NCBI GenBank assembly: GCA_051530055.1
Contig: JBMGUZ010000081.1
Span: forward strand, 1 to 10,197
Direction of reading: 5' to 3'
Origin: Neoechinorhynchus agilis
Lineage: Eukaryota; Animalia; Acanthocephala
DNA length: 10,197 nt
Below the pieces are notes generated by a model. That model searched no databases, was not told the origin of the DNA, and was given only the letters and a program-made list of their open reading frames with translations. Position numbers and translations under genes: made by a program. This document shows, piece after piece, positions 8,576-10,197 of this stretch. How positions within the stretch are numbered: position 1 is the first letter of the stretch; the number at the start of each line of letters is the position of its first letter.

Positions 8576-8709
8576 CCATTTTTGATGGAAACAAGCCGGA
8601 TTACAGATTGAAGCTTCGGATTCCACCCGATAAGATCAACGTGTGATAGTTTTTGGCATTCCCTGCCCCTCCTTTTTTAGAATTGCTGAAGAAGATCCTA
8701 GTTTGGATC
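8576..8709 (+). repeat. 5' pseudo-LTR of PLE-2 (direct repeat of 10065-10197; true right end unknown)
   Basis: Near-identical to 10065-10197, differing by one substitution and a short pyrimidine-tract change. It contains the last EN codons, the stop and the HHR, as expected for a PLE pLTR. Confidence 0.92.
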
Positions 8710-8723
8710 GAAATATTCAATTC
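8680..8723 (+). ncRNA. Minimal type-I hammerhead ribozyme in the PLE-2 5' pLTR
   Basis: Stem I gaattg(8680-85)/caattc(8718-23); CTGAAGA 8686-92; extra A; stem II GATCC/GGATC with loop TAGTTT; GAAA 8710-13; palindromic stem III ATAT 8713-16; predicted cleavage 8717/8718. AATAAA at 8724-8729. Confidence 0.88.
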
Positions 8724-8764
8724 AATAAATTAATTCTTTCTTCAAATTCCCATATCTCAAACAT

Positions 8765-9922
8765 ATGGATTTTATCTTCAACAGTATAAAGCAGATATAT
8801 GGGGAGTCTGCTCTTCAAGCGGTAAGGGAATTGGACAAATTTGGTCTGAGGAATATGAGATCACTGATGGCTCTTGATTTCTTAAGGGACTGCAAAAACT
8901 ATGGTGTTTTTCCAAGTTTCCTTCATCTAAGATCACCTGCTCTTGGTTTTGACAATTCGCTACGGAAAAAGTACATGATGGAGCGCATGCTTGATAATAC
9001 TATTTCATGTATGGTCAACAATGTCAAAAACAATTCGATCTCCTATAATAACTGCATAGAGAATGTCAATAGATGGATAAGTTCAGAATATTGTCAACTT
9101 GTAGAGTTCTGTGTCAAAGATCACATGGATATCGAAGAAAAAGCTATTTTGAATCGCCATATTCGAAAGCTTAATCGACTGACCCAGAATAGATTTTATA
9201 CTGCTTCTGATCACAAGAATGAGGTATATAATATGTCGAACATTATTCTGCCAGACGAAGTACTGGAGCTACTTAGTTATGGTCCCGATTTCATTCCTTA
9301 TACGCCACCTAAGAAGTTTGAATACAGAATCAAGCTAGAGAAACTTGCAACACGACTCGAATATGATAATCTGAATATACCAACTTGGAAGATAGAACAG
9401 TACTATGATTCAGTTATTAAAAATAGGAATGTTAACTCTAACATCTCCCGGAGAATGCAGCGTGGAATGGACCTTCTCAGGGACATCAAGGATGTAGTTT
9501 TGGTCAAGATCGATAAGGGGTATGGATATTGTATTGCGAATTCACAACAATATCGAGAAGCGGGTCTCGAAATCCTCAACGGTAATGAGTTTGAGCAGCT
9601 CAGTACATGCCAAACAAAAAGTCGTGAAAGGGAATTCAACTCATTTATTTTGAGATTGAAAAATCAAGGGAAGCTTCCTCCTGATGATTATAGAGCACTT
9701 CGCTCTACTGATGCAAAAACGCCCAGACTACACCTTAACGCCAAGGTACACAAAAACCCTATTAGGTTTCGACCTATAGTGGCTGCCCACTCGGCATTCT
9801 GTACTGATATGTCTCGAAAAATAGCAGATATGCTACGTAGTATAATGGGATCTTCCGATAATACTATTGATAATGGTAAGGATTTCATATCAAGACTTCG
9901 ATCGGACAAACGAACGATCTAA
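8765..9922 (+). CDS. PLE polyprotein N-terminal region + RT domains 0-2 (truncated by deletion)
   Basis: FLRDCKNYGVFPSFL; VYNMSNIILPDEVLELLSYGPDFIP; KIDKG; PRLHLNAKVHKNPIRFRPIVA. No stop over 385 codons. Real homology ends at ~9900. Confidence 0.85.
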   Translation: MDFIFNSIKQIYGESALQAVRELDKFGLRNMRSLMALDFLRDCKNYGVFPSFLHLRSPALGFDNSLRKKYMMERMLDNTISCMVNNVKNNSISYNNCIENVNRWISSEYCQLVEFCVKDHMDIEEKAILNRHIRKLNRLTQNRFYTASDHKNEVYNMSNIILPDEVLELLSYGPDFIPYTPPKKFEYRIKLEKLATRLEYDNLNIPTWKIEQYYDSVIKNRNVNSNISRRMQRGMDLLRDIKDVVLVKIDKGYGYCIANSQQYREAGLEILNGNEFEQLSTCQTKSREREFNSFILRLKNQGKLPPDDYRALRSTDAKTPRLHLNAKVHKNPIRFRPIVAAHSAFCTDMSRKIADMLRSIMGSSDNTIDNGKDFISRLRSDKRTI

Positions 9923-10135
9923 ATAGGAGAATTCAGGAGCACAGGCGATCGATAAATAGAAAGAATGGCATGAGTTCTGCAGTGGTCTCACACGTTGTGA
10001 ATACTGGACATCATATCGAGATTCAGTCGTGTGGTCATGGAAGCTGTGTATATCCAGTCGTCATCCATTTTTGATGGAAACAAGCCGGATTACAGATTGA
10101 AGCTTCGGATTCCACCCGATAAGATCAACGTGTGA
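9901..10135 (+). pseudogene. C-terminal half of the PLE-2 GIY-YIG endonuclease
   Basis: From 9901: IGQTNDLNRRIQEHRRSINRKNGMSSAVVSHVVNTGHHI. After a frameshifting deletion near 10020: FSRVVMEAVYIQSSSIFDGNKPDYRLKLRIPPDKINV* (stop 10133-10135). Homologous to track ORF 7958..8368. Confidence 0.85.
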
Positions 10136-10197
10136 TAGTTTTTGACATTCCCTGCCTCTCTCTTTTAGAATTGCTGAAGAAGATCCTAGTTTGGATC
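10065..10197 (+). repeat. 3' pseudo-LTR of PLE-2 (cut by the window end)
   Basis: Direct repeat of 8576-8709. Confidence 0.92.
10168..10197 (+). ncRNA. Second copy of the PLE-2 hammerhead motif (incomplete in window)
   Basis: gaattg-CTGAAGA-A-GATCC-TAGTTT-GGATC is identical to 8680-8709. The GAAA and stem III would lie beyond 10197. Confidence 0.7.

Larger units (their letters stand above)
8576..10197 (+). mobile_element. PLE-2: Penelope-like element with two pseudo-LTRs and the RT core deleted (runs past the window end)
   Basis: pLTR+HHR, a 385-aa ORF, a GIY-YIG remnant, then a second pLTR+HHR. Confidence 0.9.

Noticed and set aside
8426-8611. 61-aa ORF between the PLEs
   Set aside because: It spans three unrelated segments (HHR tail, duplicated spacer, pLTR), so it is a chimeric chance ORF.
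9403-9909. Minus-strand track ORFs antisense to the PLE-2 ORF (likewise others antisense to the CRE, R2-like and PLE-1 regions)
   Set aside because: Shadow ORFs of real coding frames with no motifs of their own.
1-10197. Prokaryotic RT systems (retron, group II intron, DGR) or CRISPR
   Set aside because: The RTs carry non-LTR/PLE motifs with APE, REL or GIY-YIG partners. There are no repeat-spacer arrays or operon-like organisation.

Overview
AT-rich, apparently eukaryotic DNA made largely of nested, decayed retroelements from four groups. (1) An APE-type (RTE-like) LINE remnant on the minus strand (~1552-2520). (2) A CRE-like REL element (~3182-6949), split by (3) a nearly intact, 5'-truncated R2/NeSL-like RT+REL element (~4131-6231). 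(4) Two different Penelope-like elements (PLEs) in tandem: PLE-1 (~7500-8438) is 5'-truncated with a 5' inversion, and PLE-2 (8576 to beyond 10197) has two pseudo-LTRs but has lost its RT core. There are four minimal type-I hammerhead ribozyme (HHR) motifs on the + strand, in three distinct sequences: 2619-2673, 8378-8438, 8680-8723 and a copy at 10168-10197 cut by the window end. No host gene could be identified confidently. No rRNA, tRNA or CRISPR signal was seen. All family calls come from motif recognition by eye, not database searches.
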